DNA of 41,868 nucleotides from a virus (Duplodnaviria; Heunggongvirae; Uroviricota; Caudoviricetes): IMG/VR virus record IMGVR_UViG_2974481312_000001, positions 1 to 41,868 of that record; one strand, 5' to 3'. Shown piece by piece: positions 34,910 to 41,868 of this stretch (position 1 is its first letter; each line of letters starts with the position of its first letter). The notes under the pieces were generated by a model. It saw only the letters and a program-made list of their open reading frames with translations, ran no database searches and was not told where the DNA came from. The position numbers and the translations under genes were made by a program.

Positions 34910-35140
34910 TTACAGTTCTACAGATGATAAATGGTTGGCCGCGGACTTAACCGCGTCTTTAAGGCTATCGTACGCGGAAGTAAAAGACATATGCACTCCT
35001 TTCGAGACAACTATAGCGCCGCCGTTAAAGTACGCTTTTGCTCTCCAGCCACCATTTACCTTATCAATAAGGATGTAGTGACTACCTTCTTCCGATACCG
35101 TAACCGTGTTTTCGTCTATTACTTCAAATTTAGTGCCCAT
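34910..35140 (-). CDS. Hypothetical protein (76 aa)
   Basis: ORF only. Confidence 0.4.
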   Translation of the reverse strand: MGTKFEVIDENTVTVSEEGSHYILIDKVNGGWRAKAYFNGGAIVVSKGVHMSFTSAYDSLKDAVKSAANHLSSVEL

Positions 35141-35155
35141 GTTTTCTCTCTCTCT

Positions 35156-35455
35156 TTAATCTTGCCCGTCTTTATATACCCACCACTTACCAACACCTTC
35201 CCAACGCCATCCTCTACTATGTATGGCGCAGAATCTACGACAAAATACTGTTTCCGCGTACCACATTACAAACAGTCTCATTGACGTAACAACACCAGCT
35301 TTATGCGCATTCAACCGGCGATACGCTAACGACATCCGGGTAAGACTTACCGCCTCAACAAACGGCCAAAGAAACAAAATCCACACCAGGTATATGGCCA
35401 CAGCAAGGAGCAAAGTTGTAAACCCGATACCCATTAGGACTAGAAAATCATTCAT
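35156..35455 (-). CDS. Hypothetical membrane protein
   Basis: N-terminal hydrophobic segments LVLMGIGFTTLLLAVAIYLVWILFLW. Confidence 0.45.
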   Translation of the reverse strand: MNDFLVLMGIGFTTLLLAVAIYLVWILFLWPFVEAVSLTRMSLAYRRLNAHKAGVVTSMRLFVMWYAETVFCRRFCAIHSRGWRWEGVGKWWVYKDGQD

Positions 35456-35691
35456 AACCCCTCCAGCTTCATGCGGTCGTTGCGAGATACTCCGCGTTTC
35501 GTGTAGATTACCGGTGATGTTTTCGTATGGGTCATCAGTCTGTTGTTATAAATAACATGTTGCTCGCATTTTGTGTCGTGGCGGTACTTGGATAACGTCA
35601 TCTCATTAAGTCCCGTCTCCCGGCACGTATCTGCTAATGTGCCGTGTGTCTCGATTAGCTTGGGGATACTGGTAATCATTCTTTGTCGCAA
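35452..35691 (-). CDS. Hypothetical protein (79 aa)
   Basis: ORF only. Confidence 0.4.
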   Translation of the reverse strand: MRQRMITSIPKLIETHGTLADTCRETGLNEMTLSKYRHDTKCEQHVIYNNRLMTHTKTSPVIYTKRGVSRNDRMKLEGL

Positions 35692-35870
35692 TCCTTCGGT
35701 TTATTCAGGTCGTAACGGTTAATAAGCTCTCGGCGATGCTCGTTCAGGTAGTCTAATGCGGCCTGGTGCGCCTTGATTTGCGCATCTACAGCTTCAATCT
35801 TAAACCTGCCGTTTGCGGCGTCTACCATCATCTTTTCATATTCGTTATTAGTCATTTCTTCGTGCCCCAC
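35676..35870 (-). CDS. Hypothetical protein (64 aa)
   Basis: ORF only; GTG start in track. Confidence 0.35.
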   Translation of the reverse strand: MGHEEMTNNEYEKMMVDAANGRFKIEAVDAQIKAHQAALDYLNEHRRELINRYDLNKPKDCDKE

Positions 35871-36007
35871 ATGCGATTGAGATACTTGTTCTGGTCTGGC
35901 CCGGGAAAACTGTTGCGTTTTAACAGTTCCTTGCGTGTCGGGAAAGGCGTATTCTCTACCTTTCCGCCCACTTTAAATGTTACTGCTACCTGCCCGTTGT
36001 CACTCAT
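35852..36007 (-). CDS. Small hypothetical protein (51 aa)
   Basis: ATG overlapping the upstream stop (ATGA); below the track cut-off. Confidence 0.3.
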   Translation of the reverse strand: MSDNGQVAVTFKVGGKVENTPFPTRKELLKRNSFPGPDQNKYLNRMWGTKK

Positions 36008-36189
36008 TTTTGTTCTCCTGCATAAGCGGCTTTAAGTGTCTGCATCGCAGCGAACCAGAACGCATCCGCCGGGATTCTTGCGCTAAGGTTATTAACGGCA
36101 ATGCGTGCCATCAGTTGCGCGTCTTTGAATGCCTCGGTGTCCAGCAGCGGTTTGCAATGGTAAAAAACTTTATCGCTTTGTAAGTTCAT
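36004..36189 (-). CDS. Hypothetical protein (61 aa)
   Basis: First gene after the minus-strand promoter at 36223..36251. Confidence 0.4.
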   Translation of the reverse strand: MNLQSDKVFYHCKPLLDTEAFKDAQLMARIAVNNLSARIPADAFWFAAMQTLKAAYAGEQK

Positions 36190-36222
36190 CTTCTCTACTC
36201 CGTTCTCGTTGTCGATGAGCTA

Positions 36223-36251
36223 AATATAATAGGGTTAATGTTACTAGTCAA
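36223..36251 (-). promoter_or_regulatory. Sigma70-like promoter TTGACT-17-TATATT (minus strand)
   Basis: -35 at 36251..36246 and -10 at 36228..36223; lies just downstream of the lysis-cassette terminator. Confidence 0.5.
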
Positions 36252-36271
36252 CTATTATTTCTGAATACAGA

Positions 36272-36303
36272 TAAAAAAATCCCGGTAAGGGTCAGTTACC
36301 GGG
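36272..36303 (-). terminator. Rho-independent terminator after the endolysin gene
   Basis: Hairpin CCCGGTAA-loop-TTACCGGG followed on the minus strand by T7. Confidence 0.75.
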
Positions 36304-36372
36304 ATAAAGGAGCTAGAGGGATGAATAAGCAGGAGCGACACCAGTATCTTAGGAATGCTCCTATGTGTCAAC

Positions 36373-36861
36373 CTACTTTGCACCACGGCCGATAGCTTCG
36401 GCCTGTTGCCACAGCATGCCATCGAACAGCGCAACACGTCCGGCGGCGCGGCGACGCAATCCGAGGAGTGATTTGCCGTTCTGATAATGGAACTGAGTTA
36501 GCTTATTCCGTAGGGTAGCAACGTCACCCTTACGCAGGGCCTGTCCTGTACCAGTTGATGCCGCAATTACACCGGCACCAGCGTTATACACCAGGTCACA
36601 CACAGCATCGAACTGGGACTGATTGAGCGACGGATGCGCAACGGCGTCTACAGCAGCTACGGCCTTAGCCATATCCTTGTGCAGCAGCAGAAGACCCTGA
36701 CCTTCGGTAATCTTCTGGCCCTCTTTCACATCTGCGCCGTAGTGGCCGTAGCCAATTGTCAGGTACTTCTCATTCTTCGTTGCCCTGTACGCGGTTCCCC
36801 GGAACCCCTCGAATGCCGCGGTGAATTTGATGCCGTTGTTGCTAATGTTTCGGTTTGACAT
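36373..36861 (-). CDS. Endolysin, phage lysozyme (GH24, P22 gp19-like)
   Basis: [18 protein letters not shown] catalytic region and [30 protein letters not shown] motifs. Confidence 0.85.
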   Translation of the reverse strand: MSNRNISNNGIKFTAAFEGFRGTAYRATKNEKYLTIGYGHYGADVKEGQKITEGQGLLLLHKDMAKAVAAVDAVAHPSLNQSQFDAVCDLVYNAGAGVIAASTGTGQALRKGDVATLRNKLTQFHYQNGKSLLGLRRRAAGRVALFDGMLWQQAEAIGRGAK

Positions 36862-37129
36862 ACATCCTCCTGTATTTGTAGTAGTGAGCGCCTTTCACGC
36901 AAATGTGACGTACCGATTTAAGCGCGAATATGGCAACAAGAGTTGTAATTATGAACGGCGGGATGCCACCGGTAAAGAGATGGGCGAGGCCGCCAGCGGC
37001 GGTCACTACGGACGCCATATACAACAGACGACCGAAAAGACCGTCTTCAATCCAGTGAGCGTAGATATTAATTAGCGAGGTGACGATGATTGCGGCCAGG
37101 CAAATGACACCAATTGGTGAGTCGAGCAT
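36842..37129 (-). CDS. Holin (three predicted TM segments, basic C-terminus)
   Basis: Hydrophobic segments IGVICLAAIIVTSLINIY, LLYMASVVTAAGGLAHLF, IPPFIITTLVAIFAL; immediately upstream of the endolysin gene. Confidence 0.55.
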   Translation of the reverse strand: MLDSPIGVICLAAIIVTSLINIYAHWIEDGLFGRLLYMASVVTAAGGLAHLFTGGIPPFIITTLVAIFALKSVRHICVKGAHYYKYRRMYVKPKH

Positions 37130-37130
37130 G

Positions 37131-37457
37131 TTATTTCCCCCAGGGTAACTTAAAGTTGCTGAGGGACGAGTCGGCGGCTTCGAATAATTTAAGCCAGAAC
37201 ATACCTACGCCAAAAGGAACCAGGTACTGCCCCTCAGACTGCGATAGTTCATAGTAACTTATAATGATGGGGGATGCGTACACCGCACAACAGGCAGATG
37301 CTACGAGATGGCATAATCGCAACCACGGCGAAATAGCCTCACGCTTCTTAATCTGGGATACGGCGCCCCCGGCGAGGCCCGCCACACTAAGCCAAAGGTA
37401 TTTATCGTCCACAATAAAAAAATCTCCGAAAGTTGGTTTACCTTCGGAGATTAACAT
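37131..37457 (-). CDS. Membrane protein (second holin or antiholin candidate)
   Basis: Hydrophobic segments; first gene of the lysis cassette. Confidence 0.4.
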   Translation of the reverse strand: MLISEGKPTFGDFFIVDDKYLWLSVAGLAGGAVSQIKKREAISPWLRLCHLVASACCAVYASPIIISYYELSQSEGQYLVPFGVGMFWLKLFEAADSSLSNFKLPWGK

Positions 37458-37491
37458 TTATACGACAATTTTAGTAACAGATAATTCGGAT

Positions 37492-37926
37492 TTATCCTAG
37501 TCGATGTGTTATCACTCCCCCATCAGTATTAGGGTCGAAGCGCTTCGCTATCTCGACAGCAGCAGTAGCGGTGGCGCCCATAAACATCGCCGTAAGTGCA
37601 TACGGAGCACCGGAGCCAACGGCCGCTGCGTTACCCGCAATTGGTATAACTGAGCTCAACGGCGAGTCCCATGACTTGAAGAATTCTACCCTGAAAATAC
37701 GGTTATCCTCTTTAACAAACACCAGCGCTGAAAAGTCGAAGTCGTAGTACTTAGGCGCCAATATCTCGGCATCGACAACCAACAGCCTACCCACCCCGGC
37801 GTCCCCTGATACACCCATAACGAAGCGGTCGTTCTCGTAAATCTTGGTATCCGTATAGTATTTAAAATTACCCGTGACACACGTGTCGCATGCCATCGTT
37901 TCACCGTCAAAAGCTATAGTAGTCAT
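37492..37926 (-). CDS. HslV / proteasome beta-subunit-like Ntn-hydrolase
   Basis: N-terminal MTTIAFDGETMACDT (Thr right after Met, DG..A.DT block) and C-terminal GSGAPYALTA..AAVEIAKRF align with HslV TTIV..DG / GSGGPYA..IAEKA motifs. Confidence 0.55.
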   Translation of the reverse strand: MTTIAFDGETMACDTCVTGNFKYYTDTKIYENDRFVMGVSGDAGVGRLLVVDAEILAPKYYDFDFSALVFVKEDNRIFRVEFFKSWDSPLSSVIPIAGNAAAVGSGAPYALTAMFMGATATAAVEIAKRFDPNTDGGVITHRLG

Positions 37927-37931
37927 GTAAA

Positions 37932-38303
37932 TTACCTGAACGTATAAAGTCTAATGGATGGCTTGTGCGGGATATCCGAGTGCCCGCGTTTGCGCCACAA
38001 CTTATACAGTTTAACCGCCATATGCGCCCGCGCCTGGCTACTGAACTCGCCAAGGTTTACCACTTTCTTGCCGTCGTAAGAGTGCGCACGCCACAGACCT
38101 TTGCCAACACAATACTTCGGCTGGTGTACACCTGGTATGCGGGGGTACACATCCGGCATCTCATTAGCTGGCTTTACTCGCGGCTTAGGTTTACGTTTAC
38201 GCTTGTCTTCTTCCTTAGGTCGAGTAACCTTCTTTGTTACCGCCGATGAAGGCGGTGCGAGGTTAATTCCGGCGTGTTTCAGGATATCGGTCGCGAGACT
38301 CAT
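37932..38303 (-). CDS. AP2-like DNA-binding domain protein with Lys/Pro-rich N-terminus
   Basis: GKGLWRAHSYDGKKVVNLGEFSSQARAHMAVKLY resembles the AP2 domains of the two HNH-AP2 proteins. Confidence 0.4.
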   Translation of the reverse strand: MSLATDILKHAGINLAPPSSAVTKKVTRPKEEDKRKRKPKPRVKPANEMPDVYPRIPGVHQPKYCVGKGLWRAHSYDGKKVVNLGEFSSQARAHMAVKLYKLWRKRGHSDIPHKPSIRLYTFR

Positions 38304-38524
38304 TTCTCCCCCTGCTTAGATAACCGTTTCAGTGTGCAAATACCGCGTACCTGAGCGTCAACAGGACGCTCTACGAAAGTTAACGGCGCGTTCTCCGCAG
38401 CGCGTGCGGCTACCTGGCACGCCTCTAACGTGTAAAACGTTTCTGTCCCGGCCAGTTGTAGCTGACCAGCGGACACGACCCATATGAAAAGTATGCTCGT
38501 CATTTGATTATCCTTTCGTTTCAA
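38300..38524 (-). CDS. Hypothetical protein (74 aa)
   Basis: ORF only; TTG start in track. Confidence 0.35.
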   Translation of the reverse strand: MKRKDNQMTSILFIWVVSAGQLQLAGTETFYTLEACQVAARAAENAPLTFVERPVDAQVRGICTLKRLSKQGEK

Positions 38525-38529
38525 TAAGG

Positions 38530-38557
38530 TAATAGTACACTATTATGTTTGGTTACG
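38530..38557 (+). repeat. Conserved element TAATAGTACACTATTATGTTTGGTTACG (copy A)
   Basis: 26 of 28 nt identical to 39575..39602; contains TAATAG-N4-CTATTAT. Confidence 0.8.
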
Positions 38558-38563
38558 TCAATA

Positions 38564-38728
38564 CTATTTCACGATTAATTTATCCTGGCACATAGTAAAG
38601 TAACGAGGCTTCTTCGCATGAGCGCGCCACCGCTCAACACGAGCATAGATGCCGATAAGCGCAGCTACTTTGCCGTGTCGGGTCTCTCCGTTACGTCCGG
38701 CCCAGGTTACGAGGTCGTTCGGTTTCAT
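38564..38728 (-). CDS. Small hypothetical protein (54 aa)
   Basis: GGAG RBS 6-9 nt upstream of ATG 38728; below the track cut-off. Confidence 0.3.
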   Translation of the reverse strand: MKPNDLVTWAGRNGETRHGKVAALIGIYARVERWRAHAKKPRYFTMCQDKLIVK

Positions 38729-38861
38729 TGTTGCATCTCCTGCAATAGTTGCGTTGATTGTTGCATTTAGTGAAATAGAAAAATATTAACAAAAATGGTA
38801 CGCTGCTACTCAGCAGCGTAAGTCACTCAGTAAAATCTCAAACTATTGTTACAATATAACA

Positions 38862-39053
38862 TCACACTTCCGGCGGCTGCGGTAATGGCACCCGGTGTGT
38901 CACATCGTCATTGCGAATGCTCGGGTTGCGCTCCGCCCAGCAATCCCACTCATCACCATCCCACCATTTAACTTCAACATGCTTGCCGTCTGTGATAAGG
39001 ACGTCGCTAAAATAATCAGGCATCTGCGCGCTACACTTAATCCACTTGCTCAT
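38862..39053 (-). CDS. DUF551-like protein
   Basis: C-terminal ..DDVTHRVPLPQPP resembles the DUF551 signature. Confidence 0.45.
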   Translation of the reverse strand: MSKWIKCSAQMPDYFSDVLITDGKHVEVKWWDGDEWDCWAERNPSIRNDDVTHRVPLPQPPEV

Positions 39054-39325
39054 AACTCCACCTTTATCGAGAAAACTTCCACGGGTTCACTGCCGAAGTG
39101 TGGGTGTGTTATTTCTTTAATCTCGTACCCACGGTACTTGCACTCTATTCTCCTGCTCTCGTCATCTCGTTTAGGGTATCCCTTCGTTATAATCAAACGG
39201 TCAAAGTCACGACCAACAAGGCGCCCCCACCAATAGTCATTTACCAGACGGTACTCTTCGGTCTTCTCCCTGCTCTTAATCGCGTCAAAATATTCACTTT
39301 TCACGGCCAACTGTAAGTTCTTCAT
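39050..39325 (-). CDS. ASCH-like domain protein (putative)
   Basis: Start moved to ATG 39325 with AAGGAGG RBS; N-terminal LQLAVKSEYFDAIKSREKTEEYRL pattern. Confidence 0.35.
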   Translation of the reverse strand: MKNLQLAVKSEYFDAIKSREKTEEYRLVNDYWWGRLVGRDFDRLIITKGYPKRDDESRRIECKYRGYEIKEITHPHFGSEPVEVFSIKVEL

Positions 39326-39574
39326 AAACGGCAACCTCCTTTAAGGCTCAAGATTCGCTGGCGCAGACTCTTTAGAATCTTTTGCCGTGTAGTTATTTCC
39401 GATTAGCTTGGCCTAGTGCGCACTAAGCATCCCGTAATTTTCTTCACCTAGTTGTTTAGCGAATAGAGTAGTATCGCGTTGGGTAATTACAATGTAATAC
39501 CCCCCGGATAAAACACCGCGGACTAACTGACCCTTCTTAAACATGATTCATCCTCTTGTTTTGCTAACCTGCAA

Positions 39575-39602
39575 TAATAGTACTCTATTATATTTGGTTA
39601 CG
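39575..39602 (+). repeat. Conserved element TAATAGTACTCTATTATATTTGGTTACG (copy B)
   Basis: Near-identical to 38530..38557; its first 20 nt are identical to the promoter element at 3832..3851. Confidence 0.8.
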
Positions 39603-40137
39603 CAAGTGCCTTTTTATTCTTGTCTCCCGTCCCTCGTCAGGTAAGCGATTGCCGTAAGGCAAGTGCGTTAATCCCTGAGTAGTAGACTAAGAATCTTTCG
39701 GCATTTCAGTTACGTTGCCGTTGTGGTTCTTCAACCAGGGTTGTGCCTTTATTCTTATTACCTGGTAACTAAAGGGCAGGCCTTAAGCCTGCCCACTAAT
39801 CGTTACATTTTACGGTTGCGAATCTACGGCACATCAAGGAAATCAGATACTTAAGAGATATGCTGCCGATGAGAATATAGCTCGCCCAAGGCAGTTCAGA
39901 TACTAAGGAAGGAAGTTACTGAGTTTTAAGTTTGCGGGTTTCAGTAAGCCTTAACGCGTGTCCGCTTAGGGCGGACCCGCTAAGCTCTCACAAAGTGAAA
40001 CAGAAACTTAAGTAACTTGAAGTTACAAGAGACAACTTACACGAAAAAAATAAGAATGTCAATAGGTGCGTTTATAGTTGATTTCCCATTATGCCGTGGG
40101 TATACTTGCTTTACTAACTGAGATGGGGGGTTTGATA

Positions 40138-40308
40138 ATGACACAGAATGAAGTAGCTAAGCTTATTGGGGTGACCCGCCGCACGCTGAATAACTGGTTA
40201 AGAGACGGCAAGTTCCCGGATTGTTGTGTCCGGATTATGGGTCGCCGGATGCCGGGAACATTCGACAGGGAGAAAGTGGAAGCGTGGATTAGGGAGAATG
40301 TGAAGTGA
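40138..40308 (+). CDS. Small HTH DNA-binding protein (AlpA/excisionase-like)
   Basis: MTQNEVAKLIGVTRRTLNNWLRDGKFP HTH; G-rich RBS before ATG 40138. Confidence 0.55.
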   Translation: MTQNEVAKLIGVTRRTLNNWLRDGKFPDCCVRIMGRRMPGTFDREKVEAWIRENVK

Positions 40309-40538
40309 CTGATTTCCAGAAAAGAGTATTCAGGGCTGTAGCCGCTCTTACATTTAAAAAGGGGTCTTGTAGTGTCCTTGACTTGCGCCGGACTTATTTT
40401 CAGTACTATAGTTCCTCTCTCATCGAGAGGTCGCTGGAGGTTTTGGTTCGAGACGGAGCAGTTAAAAGTAAGGCCGGAAAATATTCGGCAGTAGCTGAAG
40501 TTAAAGGCTCTCAGGCGACACCAGAAGACCTTGAATAA
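40305..40538 (+). CDS. Hypothetical protein (77 aa)
   Basis: GTG start overlapping the upstream stop (GTGA). Confidence 0.45.
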   Translation: MTDFQKRVFRAVAALTFKKGSCSVLDLRRTYFQYYSSSLIERSLEVLVRDGAVKSKAGKYSAVAEVKGSQATPEDLE

Positions 40539-40594
40539 AAGAAAAGCCCCAACGCGCGAACGTCAGGGCCTTAAACACAACAAAGGAAAAGCAC

Positions 40595-41868
40595 ATGTCA
40601 ACAGGTAATCTAGCATACTCATGGTCGCGTAGCAATCGCCGTGAGGAACGCGCTGACATTAACGTTTACACCACGACTTCCGGCACCTGGGATGAGTTCG
40701 TCGAACTTATGCAGCCGCTTAAACGTTCGCGCCGGAACCCCAAGACAGACCCCGGATATATCACCGCCGCGTGTACCGCCACGGTAAGCTCTACTGGTAA
40801 AGAAGCCGCCGAAGGTATGTTTTATCGCTGCAATGCGTCCGTAACGTCTTCGTCCCTGGCTTACGCCGATGTGGATAGTGCGACTCCGGAAGAGTTCGCA
40901 ACTGACTGCGAGATGGTGCGGGAGTCGCGTTTCGCAATGATGCTCTACACCACGGCATCTCACACCGAAGAAGCGCCGCGCTATCGCGTCGTTATGCCGG
41001 TACGCACTCCTGTAACAGGTGGAGACATCATCCGCATTCGGTACGGTCTGCTGACGCATTTCCTTAAAGGCCGTGACGTAGATAGCGCGGGCTTCACCCT
41101 GTCGCAACCGATGTACCGCCCGCCAGTGGGAAGCCAGGTCATCGTGTCTGAAAGTAGCCGCATGATTACGGCAAGCAAGCTTATGGAGGGGGTGCCTGAA
41201 ATTAACGTTACGGGTGCTTCCGATTATAAGGTGCCAGAGGGTGAGCAATCTGAATTAACCGACCTGTTTGAAGAGTTCGCTTTTGAATTCGGCGGACGTA
41301 TGACTGACCGCGGCCTGCAAATGCCAGCTACGCCGGAACACGCCGCCCAATATACTACCGGAGAACCTAAGCAGGATGACTTCCTGTTCTGTTGGCCGCG
41401 CGACGGCTTCGAGCGTCCCAACGTTACCCTGTACCACGATACCGACCTGGTGGCCACGGGCGGGATGACACCCGGCGGCCGGGATATGTGGGCTTACGCT
41501 TGTGCAGCTACCGGCTTACCTTTTGACCGTGTGGAGGTGGCGCTTGGGTGGGCGGAGGGGATCACTTGCGACGAAGAGGACCTGGCCGACGAAGAACCCC
41601 CGGCGCCGCAGGCCGATTTCGTCGTAGAAGGGTACATGCCGTCCAATTGTATCTGGGATATTGTCGGTGAATCCGGGACGTATAAGTCTTTCTACACACT
41701 CGGCATGATGTATATCAGTGCTGCCGGGTATCGTTTTGCAGGTGCTGATACTCGTAAAGCTCATCATTTCTATATTGATGGTGAGGGTGGGGAGTTCACG
41801 CACACCCGTATCGCTGCGTTGGCCGCTAAATACGGTGATGAAGGTATGCGGTATATGCATGTGCTTGA
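40595..41868 (+). CDS. Primase-helicase, N-terminal part (AEP-type primase domain plus start of P-loop helicase); runs off the window end and continues in frame at nt 1
   Basis: No stop for 424 codons from ATG 40595 (absent from the ORF track, presumably because it has no stop in the window); AEP-like motifs LAYADVD and YTTASH; P-loop-like IVGESGTYKS near the end; AAAGGAAAA RBS. Confidence 0.7.
   Translation, partial: MSTGNLAYSWSRSNRREERADINVYTTTSGTWDEFVELMQPLKRSRRNPKTDPGYITAACTATVSSTGKEAAEGMFYRCNASVTSSSLAYADVDSATPEEFATDCEMVRESRFAMMLYTTASHTEEAPRYRVVMPVRTPVTGGDIIRIRYGLLTHFLKGRDVDSAGFTLSQPMYRPPVGSQVIVSESSRMITASKLMEGVPEINVTGASDYKVPEGEQSELTDLFEEFAFEFGGRMTDRGLQMPATPEHAAQYTTGEPKQDDFLFCWPRDGFERPNVTLYHDTDLVATGGMTPGGRDMWAYACAATGLPFDRVEVALGWAEGITCDEEDLADEEPPAPQADFVVEGYMPSNCIWDIVGESGTYKSFYTLGMMYISAAGYRFAGADTRKAHHFYIDGEGGEFTHTRIAALAAKYGDEGMRYMHVL

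Noticed and set aside
39561-39594. Element copy B (and copy A at 38530) as ordinary sigma70 promoters
   Set aside because: The nearest -35-like hexamers give spacers of 19-22 nt on the plus strand and no acceptable -35 on the minus strand, so they are reported as operator-like repeats instead.
40619-41860. Minus-strand ORFs in the track (40619..41248, 41224..41457, 41516..41860)
   Set aside because: They are Arg-rich antisense readings of a GC-rich region; the plus strand carries an uninterrupted ORF with primase and P-loop motifs that continues in frame at the window start.
1-41868. Integrase, attP or CI-type repressor cassette indicating temperate lifestyle
   Set aside because: No tyrosine or serine recombinase-like ORF and no LexA-like repressor found; the Rha/ANT antirepressor and small HTH proteins alone do not establish lysogeny.
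1-41868. CRISPR array or other spacer-repeat structure
   Set aside because: No regularly spaced direct repeats; the only recurring element (TAATAG-N4-CTATTAT) is dispersed in promoter regions.

Overview
The window reads as a complete, circularly closed (or circularly permuted) ~41.9 kb genome of a tailed dsDNA phage with siphovirus-like morphogenesis genes; no integrase or attP-like feature was found, so it looks virulent. All calls come from reading the sequence and the supplied ORF track; no database search was run, so family names are motif-based. Layout: (i) a rightward (+) replication module running from 40138 across the window end to about 10400: HTH protein, AEP-primase/helicase split across the window boundary (40595..41868 + 1..913), HNH-AP2 endonuclease, DUF2800-like nuclease, DUF2815-like protein, family-A DNA polymerase, VRR-NUC, SNF2-type helicase and a second HNH-AP2 endonuclease, with one small XRE-type HTH gene on the opposite strand; (ii) a leftward (-) block 39325 -> 10433 with small early genes, a holin/endolysin cassette, terminase small and large subunits, portal, Mu-F-like head morphogenesis protein, a separately placed Rz/Rz1-like spanin pair, scaffold, major capsid, connector proteins, major tail protein, G/GT chaperone, tape measure, tail tip proteins and a beta-helix tailspike. 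Most unusual observations: the DNA polymerase is interrupted in motif B by a 299-codon intein whose HNH endonuclease is encoded in a different reading frame with its own RBS and ATG; an HslV/proteasome-beta-like protein sits among the early genes; a +strand accessory island (Imm-like membrane protein, HTH-metallophosphoesterase behind a G10 tract, Rha/ANT antirepressor) is inserted between the major tail and tail chaperone genes; a KilA-N-like gene is inserted between portal and head morphogenesis genes; and a palindromic element TAATAG-N4-CTATTAT recurs in intergenic regions, often as the spacer/-10 of sigma70-like promoters. Gene starts are approximate: several track ORFs begin on TTG/GTG and I moved some to nearby ATGs with better RBSs.
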